39,361 nucleotides of DNA from a virus: positions 1 through 39,361 of the IMG/VR virus record IMGVR_UViG_3300014963_000048; one strand, given 5' to 3'. Made by a program: the position numbers and the translations under genes. This document shows positions 27,399 to 36,726 of the stretch, piece by piece; position 1 is the first letter of the stretch; each line of letters starts with the position of its first letter. Below the pieces are notes generated by a model. It did not search any database, was not told where the DNA came from, and worked only from the letters and a program-made list of their open reading frames with translations.

Positions 27399-30069
27399 CT
27401 ACCGTTACTATTGTATTTTTTCCAGTTCTTCTGGTCTTTGAGTTTATATAATCTATTGTATCGTCAAATATTTCTTTACCTAAGTATTGTATTGTTACAT
27501 GCAATGGTTGTCCATTTCCACTATTAAAATCTGATAATACATCTTCAAATGTATCTCTCATTATGTTTTGAGGAGTTGTTATCTCTGGGTTATTGTTTGC
27601 ACCTGAATACTCTCCAAATATAGCTAATGTTTCATCGTATGCAACATTACCTTTGGCTAGTCTTGGCAAATTTAAAGTATTAATTGTTCCAACTGATACT
27701 CCTGGAATCAAATTAATCATTCCGATCCCACCGTTTATTAACCTAATAGCACTATTTATAGTTCTTTCTATTAACGAAATAACACCATTTATTCCGCTTT
27801 TTACTGCTCCACTTATAGCATCTCCTATATTTGTACCTAACCTTGAGAATGTGTTTTTGATTCCATTCCAAATCCCACTAAAGAAGTTTTCAATTCTTCC
27901 AAATACGCTTGTTATTCCATTGTATGCTTCTTGAAATTTGTTTTTTATACCGTCTTTTATCTCTGTAACTTTATTTACTGCATTGTCTTTCATTTCATTA
28001 AATTTATTTACAAAATTATCTTTTATTTCTCCTACTTTTTCTCCTACTTTTTCCCCAAGTTCCTCCGCTGCTTTGATTACTTTTTCAGCCATTTTCACTG
28101 GCATTCCAATAATAAATTCATATGCAAGCTTTATAAGATCTTTTATAAAGTCTAATTCACTTCCTACAGTTGTCTTTATGCCTTCCCAGGCTCTTGACCA
28201 ATCACCTGTAAATACGCCTATCCAAAAGTCTAGCAACCCTCTTATTGTATCTAGCCAATTACCTATTAGCTTTACAATTAATTCTATTGCCGGTGCTGCT
28301 ACTTCCATTATACTAGTCGCAAAAGGTTCTAACGTATCACATAAAACAACTACAAATTCAATTACCTTACTAACAGCATCTAGTAAACTAGTAAATGTAT
28401 CTCTTCCTGCACCTTCCCAGATGTTTTTTATTATTTCTGTTGCTTTCTCTATTACACTTGATATCGTTTCAAAGCCTTGAACAATTGCATTTACGAAATT
28501 CTGTGCTTGTTCTGTTTCCCACCATTTTTTATATGTATCATATATACTTAAAACTATGTCCAAAACATTGTTAAGAGTATCTGCTAAATTTTGAATCATT
28601 TGAGTCCCGTTATTGTTGTTTTCCCAAGCATTCTTCCATTTTTCAGTTATTATTCCAATTGTATCTGAAATGATAGTTATTATTTGTAATATAATAGTAC
28701 AAGTTCTTTCACCTGTTCCGTTTAACCATACTTCTGAAAAACTTCTTCCTACATCATTAAACAATTCTCTTATTTTGTTAGCACTTTTTCTTATTGAATC
28801 CATAAGAGCTTGCCCGTGATTATTCCATGCATTTTGCATTGGCTCAAACAGCTTAGCTAACACTTCTTTGATTTTTTCTGCCCAAGACATAAGTTTTCTG
28901 TCTACACTTCCTAAGTCAAAGCTTGGTGATGTGCTTTCTCCGCTTCCGCTATCTGAATTATCATTAGATTGTACATTATTTATTTCACTATGTATATTAG
29001 ATAAACTTTTTGTTTCATTTTTTGCTTTTTTAGCACTTTTTGCCATACTTGAATATGCTTTTGCACTTGCATTTGCAAATATATTAACTCCTGTAAGTGC
29101 ATAAATTAAAGATTGTACCCCTTTTAATGCTTGATATATAAGATTAACTATATATTGTATAACTGGTGCTAAAGTTGAACCTAGTGCGTATTTCATATAA
29201 TCTATGTTAGCACTTAATTGCTTTGCTTGTGAATTTTGACTAGATAACCACGTGCTAGCTGCGCTTCTCAAAGTTGAATATATTGTTTGCAAACCAAACA
29301 GAGCTCCTGCGATTTTAAATATTTGCCCTAAGCCCGCTTTTAATGAACCTCCCATTCCTCTTAAACTGCTTGTAATATTTCGCCCTGTTTTTGGCATCTG
29401 CTTAAATGCTGTTCCTAGTTTTCCTGCTGATGTTTTTGCTTGTTCTATTTTTTGTTTGAAAGCACTAAAAAAACTACTCAATTTGTTTTGAATAGTTGCT
29501 GTTTTAGACGTCTGCTGTCCTAATTGTGTCATTTTTGTCTTAGCACTGCTTAGTAATGTATTATATTTTTCTATTTCATTGTTTAATTTGTCACTTTGTT
29601 TGACTAATGCTTGATAATTTATATCTTTATCTAGTCTACTATACGTTTCTTGTGTTAATTTTTTATTTCCTGCATCTGGCATTTCATTTATTACAGATTG
29701 ATTCGTGTCATTTCTCATTTTATCTAATGCACTATTAGTAATATCCAACTTTAACTGTCGACCAGTTATTTTTTTTTGTAGACTATCTATTTCTTTTTCT
29801 AGTTGAGTCACTTGCTCACTAGCTTCTTTATTGTTTACTTTTATTGCAATTTTGCTATTTTCACTACTTTTTTTCAAGTCTTGTATTTTTTTCTTTGCAA
29901 AATTTGTAGCTTGTTGCACTTTGCTTTTTATTTCTTTAGCATCTATTTTTGAAAAAGCTTCTTGTACTTGTTTCATTTTTTCTTTAATTGCCGGTACTAT
30001 TTTATTAAATTCCTTCAATGCTTCTTCTACTTTTGCAGTTACAATTATTTCAATTTCTTCTGCTGTCAT
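27391..30069 (-). CDS. Tape measure protein
   Basis: 892 aa with a coiled-coil N-terminus, hydrophobic central segments and a small tandem EKVGEKVGE repeat. GGAAGGAGG ribosome-binding site. Confidence 0.85.
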   Translation of the reverse strand: MTAEEIEIIVTAKVEEALKEFNKIVPAIKEKMKQVQEAFSKIDAKEIKSKVQQATNFAKKKIQDLKKSSENSKIAIKVNNKEASEQVTQLEKEIDSLQKKITGRQLKLDITNSALDKMRNDTNQSVINEMPDAGNKKLTQETYSRLDKDINYQALVKQSDKLNNEIEKYNTLLSSAKTKMTQLGQQTSKTATIQNKLSSFFSAFKQKIEQAKTSAGKLGTAFKQMPKTGRNITSSLRGMGGSLKAGLGQIFKIAGALFGLQTIYSTLRSAASTWLSSQNSQAKQLSANIDYMKYALGSTLAPVIQYIVNLIYQALKGVQSLIYALTGVNIFANASAKAYSSMAKSAKKAKNETKSLSNIHSEINNVQSNDNSDSGSGESTSPSFDLGSVDRKLMSWAEKIKEVLAKLFEPMQNAWNNHGQALMDSIRKSANKIRELFNDVGRSFSEVWLNGTGERTCTIILQIITIISDTIGIITEKWKNAWENNNNGTQMIQNLADTLNNVLDIVLSIYDTYKKWWETEQAQNFVNAIVQGFETISSVIEKATEIIKNIWEGAGRDTFTSLLDAVSKVIEFVVVLCDTLEPFATSIMEVAAPAIELIVKLIGNWLDTIRGLLDFWIGVFTGDWSRAWEGIKTTVGSELDFIKDLIKLAYEFIIGMPVKMAEKVIKAAEELGEKVGEKVGEIKDNFVNKFNEMKDNAVNKVTEIKDGIKNKFQEAYNGITSVFGRIENFFSGIWNGIKNTFSRLGTNIGDAISGAVKSGINGVISLIERTINSAIRLINGGIGMINLIPGVSVGTINTLNLPRLAKGNVAYDETLAIFGEYSGANNNPEITTPQNIMRDTFEDVLSDFNSGNGQPLHVTIQYLGKEIFDDTIDYINSKTRRTGKNTIVTVGD

Positions 30070-30100
30070 TATACTTCCTCCTTCCGCTTTTTACTTTTCA

Positions 30101-30130
30101 TAAAAAAACGTCAGATTAATTCTGACGTTT
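30101..30130 (-). terminator. Intrinsic terminator (10-bp perfect stem aaacgtcaga/tctgacgttt plus a T run) between the accessory island and the tape measure gene
   Basis: Read directly. Confidence 0.7.
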
Positions 30131-30139
30131 GATTTTTAT

Positions 30140-30574
30140 TTATGCTACTTGATTTACTAAATCTTTAACTTTTATTTCCATATTATCTAAATTTTCAAGT
30201 ATGTCATCCCAAAAATATTCTGGTAATTCTCTGTATGTCGCTACCCCGTATTGGTCATTTAGCTTTCCATATACCCTAGGAAATATTTTTGATTTCATTT
30301 GATGATAATCTAAATTATTTTCTTCACATACTATTTTTACTTTTTCTTTAACAGCTTTTCTTAATAATCTTGCTTTATTTGAACTTAAATATATTTTCCT
30401 TTTTATTATTTCATCATGTTCTTGTAATTTATTATCGACTTCATTAAATTTTTGCTCTGTTTCAGTTTTAAATCCTGCAAATGCATAATTCATAATTGTT
30501 TGACTTTCCATTAAACTTTTTAACATATCCTCATTAGATATTTCTTTCTTTTCTTTTAATATCATATCACTCAT
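30140..30574 (-). CDS. ORF6C-domain-like protein
   Basis: C-terminal KIFPRVYGKLNDQYGVATYRELPEYFWDDILENL resembles the ORF6C/antirepressor C-terminal domain. Confidence 0.4.
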   Translation of the reverse strand: MSDMILKEKKEISNEDMLKSLMESQTIMNYAFAGFKTETEQKFNEVDNKLQEHDEIIKRKIYLSSNKARLLRKAVKEKVKIVCEENNLDYHQMKSKIFPRVYGKLNDQYGVATYRELPEYFWDDILENLDNMEIKVKDLVNQVA

Positions 30575-31460
30575 TTATTATTTCTCCTTCACTAAATATT
30601 ATATTTCCAACAACGTTTTGTTCATTGTTTAATGCTTGTTTCATTAATAATGCCCAATTTTCTATTTCTTGAATTTTATTCTCTACTATCCTTTTATTTT
30701 TAGATGGTATTTTTTGTAGTTCATCTTTTAAATATGTATATTTAGAAGCATTATTCAAAAAATCCGTTATATTTACTAGTAAGTTGTCTAATTTTATATT
30801 TGTATATACTTTATCTTGATTTATTTCTTTATCTAATTTTAATCGATTTACAGTATTTTCAGCTTTTTCTGCCCTTTTTCTTAATGTTTCTAACTCGTCT
30901 TCTAATGATTGTTTTTCTAGAATAAGATTTTCTGGTATTACCTCTTTAATAATTTCTTTTTCAACTACTTGTACTTCAGGTTTTGAAACGTTTTCTATTT
31001 TATTTTGCAAATTTCTTATTTGAATTTCTTTTTCTTTTATTGCTTCTTGAAGTTCTTCTGAATATTCTTTTTCTGCTTCTAACTGTTTTTTTATTTCTTT
31101 CTTTTCTTTTACAACTTGTTCTAATTCTCTTGTTGTCATTTCTTCTATATTGTTTTCTTGCATTACTTCTTCTCTATTTTCTTCATCTAAACCTGCAAGA
31201 AGAAACAATTTTGTACTTCCTAAATTCGCAATCGATTGCGAATTTGAAAAAGTTGTTGCAACTTTCATAAAATTATTTGCTGTTCTATGGCTTATATCTA
31301 CTCTTTTCTTTAACCATTCTGAAAATTCTCCATGTTGCAAATTTTCTTTTACCTCTATAAGTCTTTTACCTATTTCTATTATATTCTGAGCAGTTTGGTC
31401 TTTTAATATAAGAATTTCTGCTGTTGTTTTTTCTATATTAAACTCTGTTAACTCTTGCAT
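30567..31460 (-). CDS. DUF3102-like protein with a long coiled coil
   Basis: N-terminus AQNIIEIGKRLIEVKENLQHGEFSEWLKKRVDISHRTANNFMKVA. Confidence 0.5.
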   Translation of the reverse strand: MQELTEFNIEKTTAEILILKDQTAQNIIEIGKRLIEVKENLQHGEFSEWLKKRVDISHRTANNFMKVATTFSNSQSIANLGSTKLFLLAGLDEENREEVMQENNIEEMTTRELEQVVKEKKEIKKQLEAEKEYSEELQEAIKEKEIQIRNLQNKIENVSKPEVQVVEKEIIKEVIPENLILEKQSLEDELETLRKRAEKAENTVNRLKLDKEINQDKVYTNIKLDNLLVNITDFLNNASKYTYLKDELQKIPSKNKRIVENKIQEIENWALLMKQALNNEQNVVGNIIFSEGEIINE

Positions 31461-31630
31461 ATCGATTTATCCTTTCTTGGCAACTTTTTCAGTGCTGTTA
31501 ACCCTTCGTCTAAAGTAAATCTTCCTTTATTTACTCCTCTGTATATAGTCCCCATAATTTTGTATATTGTTCTTTTACAGTTTCTTCTGTCTTGTAAATA
31601 TCCTTTTAAAGCATTTGTATATTCTTCCAT
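31448..31630 (-). CDS. Hypothetical protein
   Basis: Track ORF. Confidence 0.4.
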   Translation of the reverse strand: MEEYTNALKGYLQDRRNCKRTIYKIMGTIYRGVNKGRFTLDEGLTALKKLPRKDKSICKS

Positions 31631-31914
31631 TAAGCAACACCTACTTTCTGGTATGGTATACCTCTGCTAAATAAAGGATTTCCATTTTCGAATATATAAT
31701 CATTAATATTTATATTGTCTATATCTTCTTTAGTTAAAGGTGTGGTACTTACCACAATATAACTTAACTCATTATAATTGCACCTCATAATAAATTGAAT
31801 ATTTCTTGTTTTGTATATAGCCTTCTCGATAATAGCATTAAACCAATTACCTTTTATTCTTTTTGGTTTGCTCCAAAGTACTAAATCATCTTTTTTTATT
31901 TCTTTAATTTCCAT
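31630..31914 (-). CDS. Hypothetical protein
   Basis: Track ORF. Confidence 0.45.
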   Translation of the reverse strand: MEIKEIKKDDLVLWSKPKRIKGNWFNAIIEKAIYKTRNIQFIMRCNYNELSYIVVSTTPLTKEDIDNININDYIFENGNPLFSRGIPYQKVGVA

Positions 31915-31918
31915 ATGC

Positions 31919-32071
31919 TTACACCTCCAACATCTTCATAAGATTTTTATAAATATTAAAATTAAAAATCCTATAGCTTATTAGTTGTATAAACATAAAT
32001 CCAATAAAACCTAAAGATGCATATATTCCTAATAATATAATTGTAAATATTCCTGTTATTAAAATTTCCAT
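31919..32071 (-). CDS. 50-aa hydrophobic peptide (MEILITGIFTIILLGIYASLGFIGFMFIQLISYRIF...)
   Basis: Manual translation. GGAGG ribosome-binding site. It is preceded by a structured 131-nt leader. Confidence 0.45.
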   Translation of the reverse strand: MEILITGIFTIILLGIYASLGFIGFMFIQLISYRIFNFNIYKNLMKMLEV

Positions 32072-32202
32072 AATAAAAAGACCTCCACTTCAATTTTACT
32101 TGAATTTCAGTCCTTACTGTGATACAATATATTTGTAAGGACTAAAATTCTTATGTTTGAGATAATCTGTGCTGTTCGCCAAAACTTAGCAGGTTATCTC
32201 TC

Positions 32203-32409
32203 TTATTTTTTTAATTCTTGGTAGATTTTGTCTATTCCATCTCTAACAATTTCTGATTTATTTTTATCACTATGTTGTATACAATAATCTAATTTTTCTT
32301 TTTCTTTTTCTGATATTCTTACTTTTAATTCAATATTTTTAGGATTGTCAGTAGGTCTACCTATTTTTTTATTTTCTATTTTTCTCACCTCACTTTTGTT
32401 CACACACAT
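32203..32409 (-). CDS. Ribbon-helix-helix (CopG-like) protein
   Basis: GRPTDNPKNIELKVRISEKEKEKLDYC...KSEIVRDGIDKIY. Confidence 0.55.
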   Translation of the reverse strand: MCVNKSEVRKIENKKIGRPTDNPKNIELKVRISEKEKEKLDYCIQHSDKNKSEIVRDGIDKIYQELKK

Positions 32410-32484
32410 ATATTATAATATGTTCACACAAAAGTCAAGAGGTATTTTAATATTTTTTAAATTTTTTTCAAAAGAAAAAAACAC

Positions 32485-33484
32485 TTAATTAAGTGCTTCT
32501 TTACATTTTTTAATTAAATTTTCTTTACTTATTAATTCAGTATATTTCCACTCTATTAGCTTTACATTGTTTTCTTGACAAAGCTTTCTTTTTTTATCAT
32601 CTAAACTCTTTCTTTTTAGTAGTCCTTCTTCTCCTCCGAAATATGCCAATAGGATTATAATGTTGTTCTCCTTGATATTCAAAAGCGACTTTTTTGCTTG
32701 GAATATATATATCTATCGATTGTCTTCCGAGCCACTCTGCTCTATATTGATAAATGGCATCTTTAAATATATCTTTTATGATTTTATATAATGTAAGTTC
32801 TGATGTATTTTTTAATTTTATATAGTTAGGTAGTCCTATTATTTTTCTTAACACTTCATCTCTTCTATCATATGCATTGTTTACGGCTTCCATAGAGTCT
32901 TTAAAGTAATTCATTCTGTATTTCCAACAAATTGCTTCATTAATTGCATTATATGTTTCGTTCTTTTGTAGATGTGACTTATATAACTTTTGAACTGTGT
33001 ATTCTTCGTTTAGATTTAACTCTTTTTTTAATTCTTCGAAGATTTCTTTTTCTTCTGTTATATCTATATTGCTATCTATTGAATTTTTATATATTTGACT
33101 TTCTGATATAATTGCTAATATATGCTGAAGTGATTTTTTTCTTACTGATATAAAATTATTATAATTATTCAGGATATACATATTAAATATATCTTCAATT
33201 CTGTTGATATCATATGTCACTTTATAATTGATAGTTATATCATTTTTCAATATGTTTTTAACAATTTCTACATCATCTGCATTTTTCATATAATATTCTT
33301 TAACCCAAAAGTTAAATTCTTCAAATTTTGGAAATAAAAACACTGATTTATCTTTGTCTACTTTTGCTTGCTTTCTTTCTATATTATACTTTTCTAATGA
33401 ATATAATCTATCGTACTGTTTTATTTCTTGCAATAATTCCTTTTCATTTGGATATAGTTCTATCTCTTGTGTTTTTTTATTCAT
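32485..33484 (-). CDS. 332-aa protein with a C-terminal Vsr/DUF559-like PD-(D/E)xK endonuclease domain. Track ORFs 32597..33484 and 32485..32682 are joined by a +1 shift at CGG 32636-32638.
   Basis: The 0 frame reads ...NPIGIF-CGG-AGG, giving RRRRRTTKKKEFR then a stop. The +1 frame reads GGEEGLLKRKSLDDKKRKLCQENNVKLIEWKY. The joined sequence IDIYIPSKKVAFEYQGEQHY...FGG fits the family. Confidence 0.6.
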
Positions 33485-33510
33485 TTCAAGTTATCCTTTT
33501 CATAAGTATT

Positions 33511-34047
33511 TTATAAATTATTAAATACTTTTAGTATCTTGTCTTTGTTTATATGTTCTTCATAACCAGTTAATACTAATCCTTTGTTGTACACTGCTTT
33601 CATTTCATAATTATCAAAACTTGGCATTGTTATTATTCCTTTTTCTTTTGCAGATTTAATATTTGATTTTGTTAATTCTTCTTTGCTATTAGTATTATAT
33701 AAATATATTTCTATATATTCACCATTTATTTCTAGTCCATAACCTTCTTTTGCTCCTATGAGTTCGGCTGATTTATTTATTTTGTTATCTATTTTTAAGT
33801 TTGCTTCTTCAAGTTTTTTTATAAAATCATCTATATTCAAATTACTTTGTGATTGTTTTATATTACTTGTTAGACTACTTGTAGCGCTTTCACTATCGCC
33901 TTGATTAGCTAAATATAAACAAATCCCTATGCTTGCAATTATAATTATTACGATTATTGCTATTATAAGTTTTTTGTTATTATTTCCCGATGAATGCTTG
34001 CTCATCTTTTTCCCCTCACAATGTGCCATAATTGATTCCCCCTTCAT
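33511..34047 (-). CDS. Membrane-anchored protein (N-terminal transmembrane segment, extracytoplasmic domain); superinfection-exclusion candidate
   Basis: KKLIIAIIVIIIIASIGICLYL anchor. The likely true start is at 34005 (MSKHSS, GAGGGG ribosome-binding site). It has its own promoter. Confidence 0.5.
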   Translation of the reverse strand: MKGESIMAHCEGKKMSKHSSGNNNKKLIIAIIVIIIIASIGICLYLANQGDSESATSSLTSNIKQSQSNLNIDDFIKKLEEANLKIDNKINKSAELIGAKEGYGLEINGEYIEIYLYNTNSKEELTKSNIKSAKEKGIITMPSFDNYEMKAVYNKGLVLTGYEEHINKDKILKVFNNL

Positions 34048-34061
34048 TCAATATATTAAGA

Positions 34062-34090
34062 ATTATATCGAACGAAGTCGAATAAGACAA
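34062..34090 (-). promoter_or_regulatory. Promoter of the accessory island (TTGTCT, 17 nt, TATAAT) with TTCGAC in the spacer
   Basis: The reverse complement reads cTTGTCTtattcgacttcgttcgaTATAAT. Confidence 0.5.
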
Positions 34091-34141
34091 GAAAAATCGT
34101 GTTACAAAATTCGACACTTTTTTTCGTTGTCAGCAATTTTT

Positions 34142-34393
34142 TTATCCTTTAAACAACTTTCTTTGCTCTTCTAATGTTTGCTCTTGTTTATCTTCAAACA
34201 ACTTTTTGTAATTATCTCTAATCATTATTATTTTTGCATTCTTATTCATACAATCACCTGCGATTAATTTATTAGTCACCGCTTCTTGTAAATCTATTTC
34301 TCTTCTCAAATCGTCAAAAATTTTAACTAAGTGAGTTTGACAGTAAATATTTATTTCTGAATATCTGCTATTCCAAAATTCGGACGGCTTCAT
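34142..34393 (-). CDS. Tail assembly chaperone, T-like part (frame open upstream to about 34620; probably expressed as a -1 frameshift fusion)
   Basis: There is no ribosome-binding site before the ATG at 34393. This frame is -1 relative to the upstream chaperone ORF and is open across its stop. Confidence 0.5.
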   Translation of the reverse strand: MKPSEFWNSRYSEINIYCQTHLVKIFDDLRREIDLQEAVTNKLIAGDCMNKNAKIIMIRDNYKKLFEDKQEQTLEEQRKLFKG

Positions 34394-34491
34394 ATCGAAA
34401 TAATACGCAAGTGGTTCTATCGCATATATTAAGTCTATTAAATTGTTAGTGTCTTTTATATTTTGTATTATATTGCTTAATCCTTTTGACT

Positions 34492-34923
34492 CTAGAACTC
34501 TTGTTCTATTATCTTGCCTACCACGTTTTCTGCAGATTTCTCTACAATCTTGTCTAAGTTTAGCGTAGACAAAGGATTTGTTGCTATTTCTTTCAACTCT
34601 TTCTTTGTCATTTTCTTTTTGAAAAAACCCTCATCATTCAATGCCTCCGCAATCTTTTCATATAAATTTTTAATTGTCATTCCTTCTTTTCTACATTCAT
34701 CTATAAAATCGTAAACTTCATCACTATTTGTAAATGCATTTTCTCCACTTTCTAATTCTGATATTTTAAATATTATCTTTGATAAAGCTTCCATGTCTAA
34801 TATAGAATATGCTTTAATAAAAGCTTCTTCAAAATTTTTATTTTTAAGTAGATTAGCTATATCTACTATTTTTCTTGTTTTTAGTACTAAATTAATATTT
34901 CTATTTTTTGTTTCTATAATCAT
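34492..34923 (-). CDS. Tail assembly chaperone (G-like)
   Basis: It lies between the major tail gene and the downstream tail genes. ...ALNDEGFFKKKMTKKEL is present. The start at 34923 is chosen because of an AGGAG ribosome-binding site. Confidence 0.6.
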   Translation of the reverse strand: MIIETKNRNINLVLKTRKIVDIANLLKNKNFEEAFIKAYSILDMEALSKIIFKISELESGENAFTNSDEVYDFIDECRKEGMTIKNLYEKIAEALNDEGFFKKKMTKKELKEIATNPLSTLNLDKIVEKSAENVVGKIIEQEF

Positions 34924-34940
34924 TTTATTTTCTCTCCTTT

Positions 34941-34971
34941 GCAAAAGAGAGAAGACTTTTCAGTCTTCTCT
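34941..34971 (-). terminator. Hairpin/attenuator directly after the major tail gene (agagaagact tttc agtcttctct)
   Basis: Read directly: 10-bp perfect stem and a short T run. Confidence 0.55.
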
Positions 34972-34973
34972 TA

Positions 34974-35459
34974 TTAAAATTTTGTTGAATCTCCCTCTAC
35001 AGGATATCCATCTGTTTCTACTACTTTTGATTCTTTATATACTCTCATAGTATCCTTTATAAAGTCCCCATCGTTCATCTCTTGTCCTGCAATATCTACA
35101 GTACATTTCACAGTCTGAACTAATGGTTTATTGGCAACTGATGCTGTTGTCTCTGGATATTCTAAGAATAAGAATATTGTTGTATCTGCATCAGCTATTT
35201 CTTGAATAGCTTTATGTGTTTCTTGTATAAACATCATTTCTATATCAACAGTTTCTGCTTTTCTTTTTCCTTTAGCCATTCTTTCTTCTTCTAAATCTAA
35301 TGCACTATATGTTTGTCCCTCTTTTAAAGTTTTTAATTGTCCTACCTTTTGAACATAACCTATATCTGTTCTGTCTCCTGTTAATGTTGTTGCATAAGAC
35401 ACCTTCGCTTTCATAGCAACTTGTGGTGTTGTTGTTTTTGGTGTTGCTTCATCTCCCAT
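34974..35459 (-). CDS. Major tail protein
   Basis: 161 aa, in the position before the chaperone genes, followed by a hairpin. Confidence 0.6.
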   Translation of the reverse strand: MGDEATPKTTTPQVAMKAKVSYATTLTGDRTDIGYVQKVGQLKTLKEGQTYSALDLEEERMAKGKRKAETVDIEMMFIQETHKAIQEIADADTTIFLFLEYPETTASVANKPLVQTVKCTVDIAGQEMNDGDFIKDTMRVYKESKVVETDGYPVEGDSTKF

Positions 35460-35471
35460 TTTTAATTCCTC

Positions 35472-35858
35472 CTATCTTAAATTAAAAGAGCTCGTTATAG
35501 AATTATAACAAACCTCAAAAGTTATTGTTATACCATATTTTTGCAGTATTTGGTCATATACTGCAGGACTGGTATTTGTCCTTGTAAAATTAAGTTCTTG
35601 AAGCTTTTTATCAACTTCATCTGTCATTTGCATTGCCTGGCGTTGCTTTTCATTCCAACAAGTTATCGAAATTTGAAATGTAGAACGAATAGGAAATGCA
35701 TTTTCGGTTAAATTTACTGACTTTAAAGGTGTATGTAATTCTAGCATAGGAAATTTACTTTCTGTATTTGGATTGCTTAAAATTGGCTTATTTTTATACA
35801 ATTTTTCTAGTTTTTCATATACTAAATCACTAAACTCTTTTATACTTAAATCTTTCAT
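35472..35858 (-). CDS. Tail terminator / tail completion protein candidate
   Basis: Position and size. Confidence 0.4.
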   Translation of the reverse strand: MKDLSIKEFSDLVYEKLEKLYKNKPILSNPNTESKFPMLELHTPLKSVNLTENAFPIRSTFQISITCWNEKQRQAMQMTDEVDKKLQELNFTRTNTSPAVYDQILQKYGITITFEVCYNSITSSFNLR

Positions 35859-36400
35859 TACTTACATACCTCCTTCAGCATTTCATCTAGTTTCTTCTTG
35901 ACAATTTCTGTATTTTCATTTCTGGTTTTAAATTCAGCATCGCCTAAAAAGTGATTTGCCCTTGAACCAACCGCTACATAGAATTGAGTATTTCCTATTG
36001 TTGTGATTGGAAAATTCAAGGATCTACCTACTTTATGTACGGGTATATACCACTCAGTGTAACCTGTTTCCAAAAAGTGTTTTGTCTTACCAATATGTTC
36101 TTTTTCAGCATATTGACCTGTTCCGAAATATTCAAACCATAAATATGATTGTCCATTTTCAGTCATAAATTTAGCAGGGTCTGCATAAACCCTGCCTTTA
36201 ACTGTTTTCGTTGACATATCAACCATCTCAACGATAATACCATCTTCTTTATGACCTTTTTCTAATCTTATTGCACAACCTCTAATGTTTTTTAGAACAT
36301 CTTCTGTTGCTATCTTTACTGTTTGTGGTAGTTTTTGAATTATAGCATTAATATTTTTGAAATTATTTTTTACTTTTATATTACAATTAAAATTTATCAT
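35858..36400 (-). CDS. HK97 gp10-like neck protein
   Basis: Position, and the general HK97 gp10-like layout. Confidence 0.45.
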   Translation of the reverse strand: MINFNCNIKVKNNFKNINAIIQKLPQTVKIATEDVLKNIRGCAIRLEKGHKEDGIIVEMVDMSTKTVKGRVYADPAKFMTENGQSYLWFEYFGTGQYAEKEHIGKTKHFLETGYTEWYIPVHKVGRSLNFPITTIGNTQFYVAVGSRANHFLGDAEFKTRNENTEIVKKKLDEMLKEVCK

Positions 36401-36726
36401 TCTTGCACCTTCTCACATATATATACATAAGTACTTCCAATTTTGTTTTTGTCAATTATCTTATATTGAGGTTTAAACTCCTCTAATTTTGAGACATCTT
36501 CAAATGATATTCCATTGCCTTTTTGTATATCATAATCTCTTGTCGTGCGACCTTTATATGTACTATAATCGACTTCACCTGTGGACTTTCTATCTAACTC
36601 GTTGACATCTTGTTGCATATTTAGCCAAGCTATGCTTTTATATTTCCATTTCTTTTCGGGTTCGCCGTGGTCTTCTACTTCTTCATATTCTGATATATAT
36701 ACTTTAGTTAAATCTCGTAATAACAT
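36397..36726 (-). CDS. Head closure / head-tail adaptor protein
   Basis: Position and size (109 aa). Confidence 0.45.
   Translation of the reverse strand: MLLRDLTKVYISEYEEVEDHGEPEKKWKYKSIAWLNMQQDVNELDRKSTGEVDYSTYKGRTTRDYDIQKGNGISFEDVSKLEEFKPQYKIIDKNKIGSTYVYICEKVQE

Noticed and set aside
27938-28480. Long plus-strand ORFs antisense to minus-strand genes (for example 27938..28480, 1696..2052, 2495..2845, 3558..3914, 4438..4827, 11861..12193, 38463..38822)
   Set aside because: They are Leu/Phe/Ser/Ile-rich, low-complexity translations typical of the antisense strand of AT-rich genes. They have no ribosome-binding sites and lie fully inside well-supported genes.
32485-32682. Track ORF 32485..32682 as an independent 65-aa gene
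   Set aside because: Its N-terminal part (MNIKENNIIILLAYF) is the out-of-frame overlap with the upstream gene. From GGEEGLL onward it completes the nuclease domain of 32597..33484 through the CGG shift.
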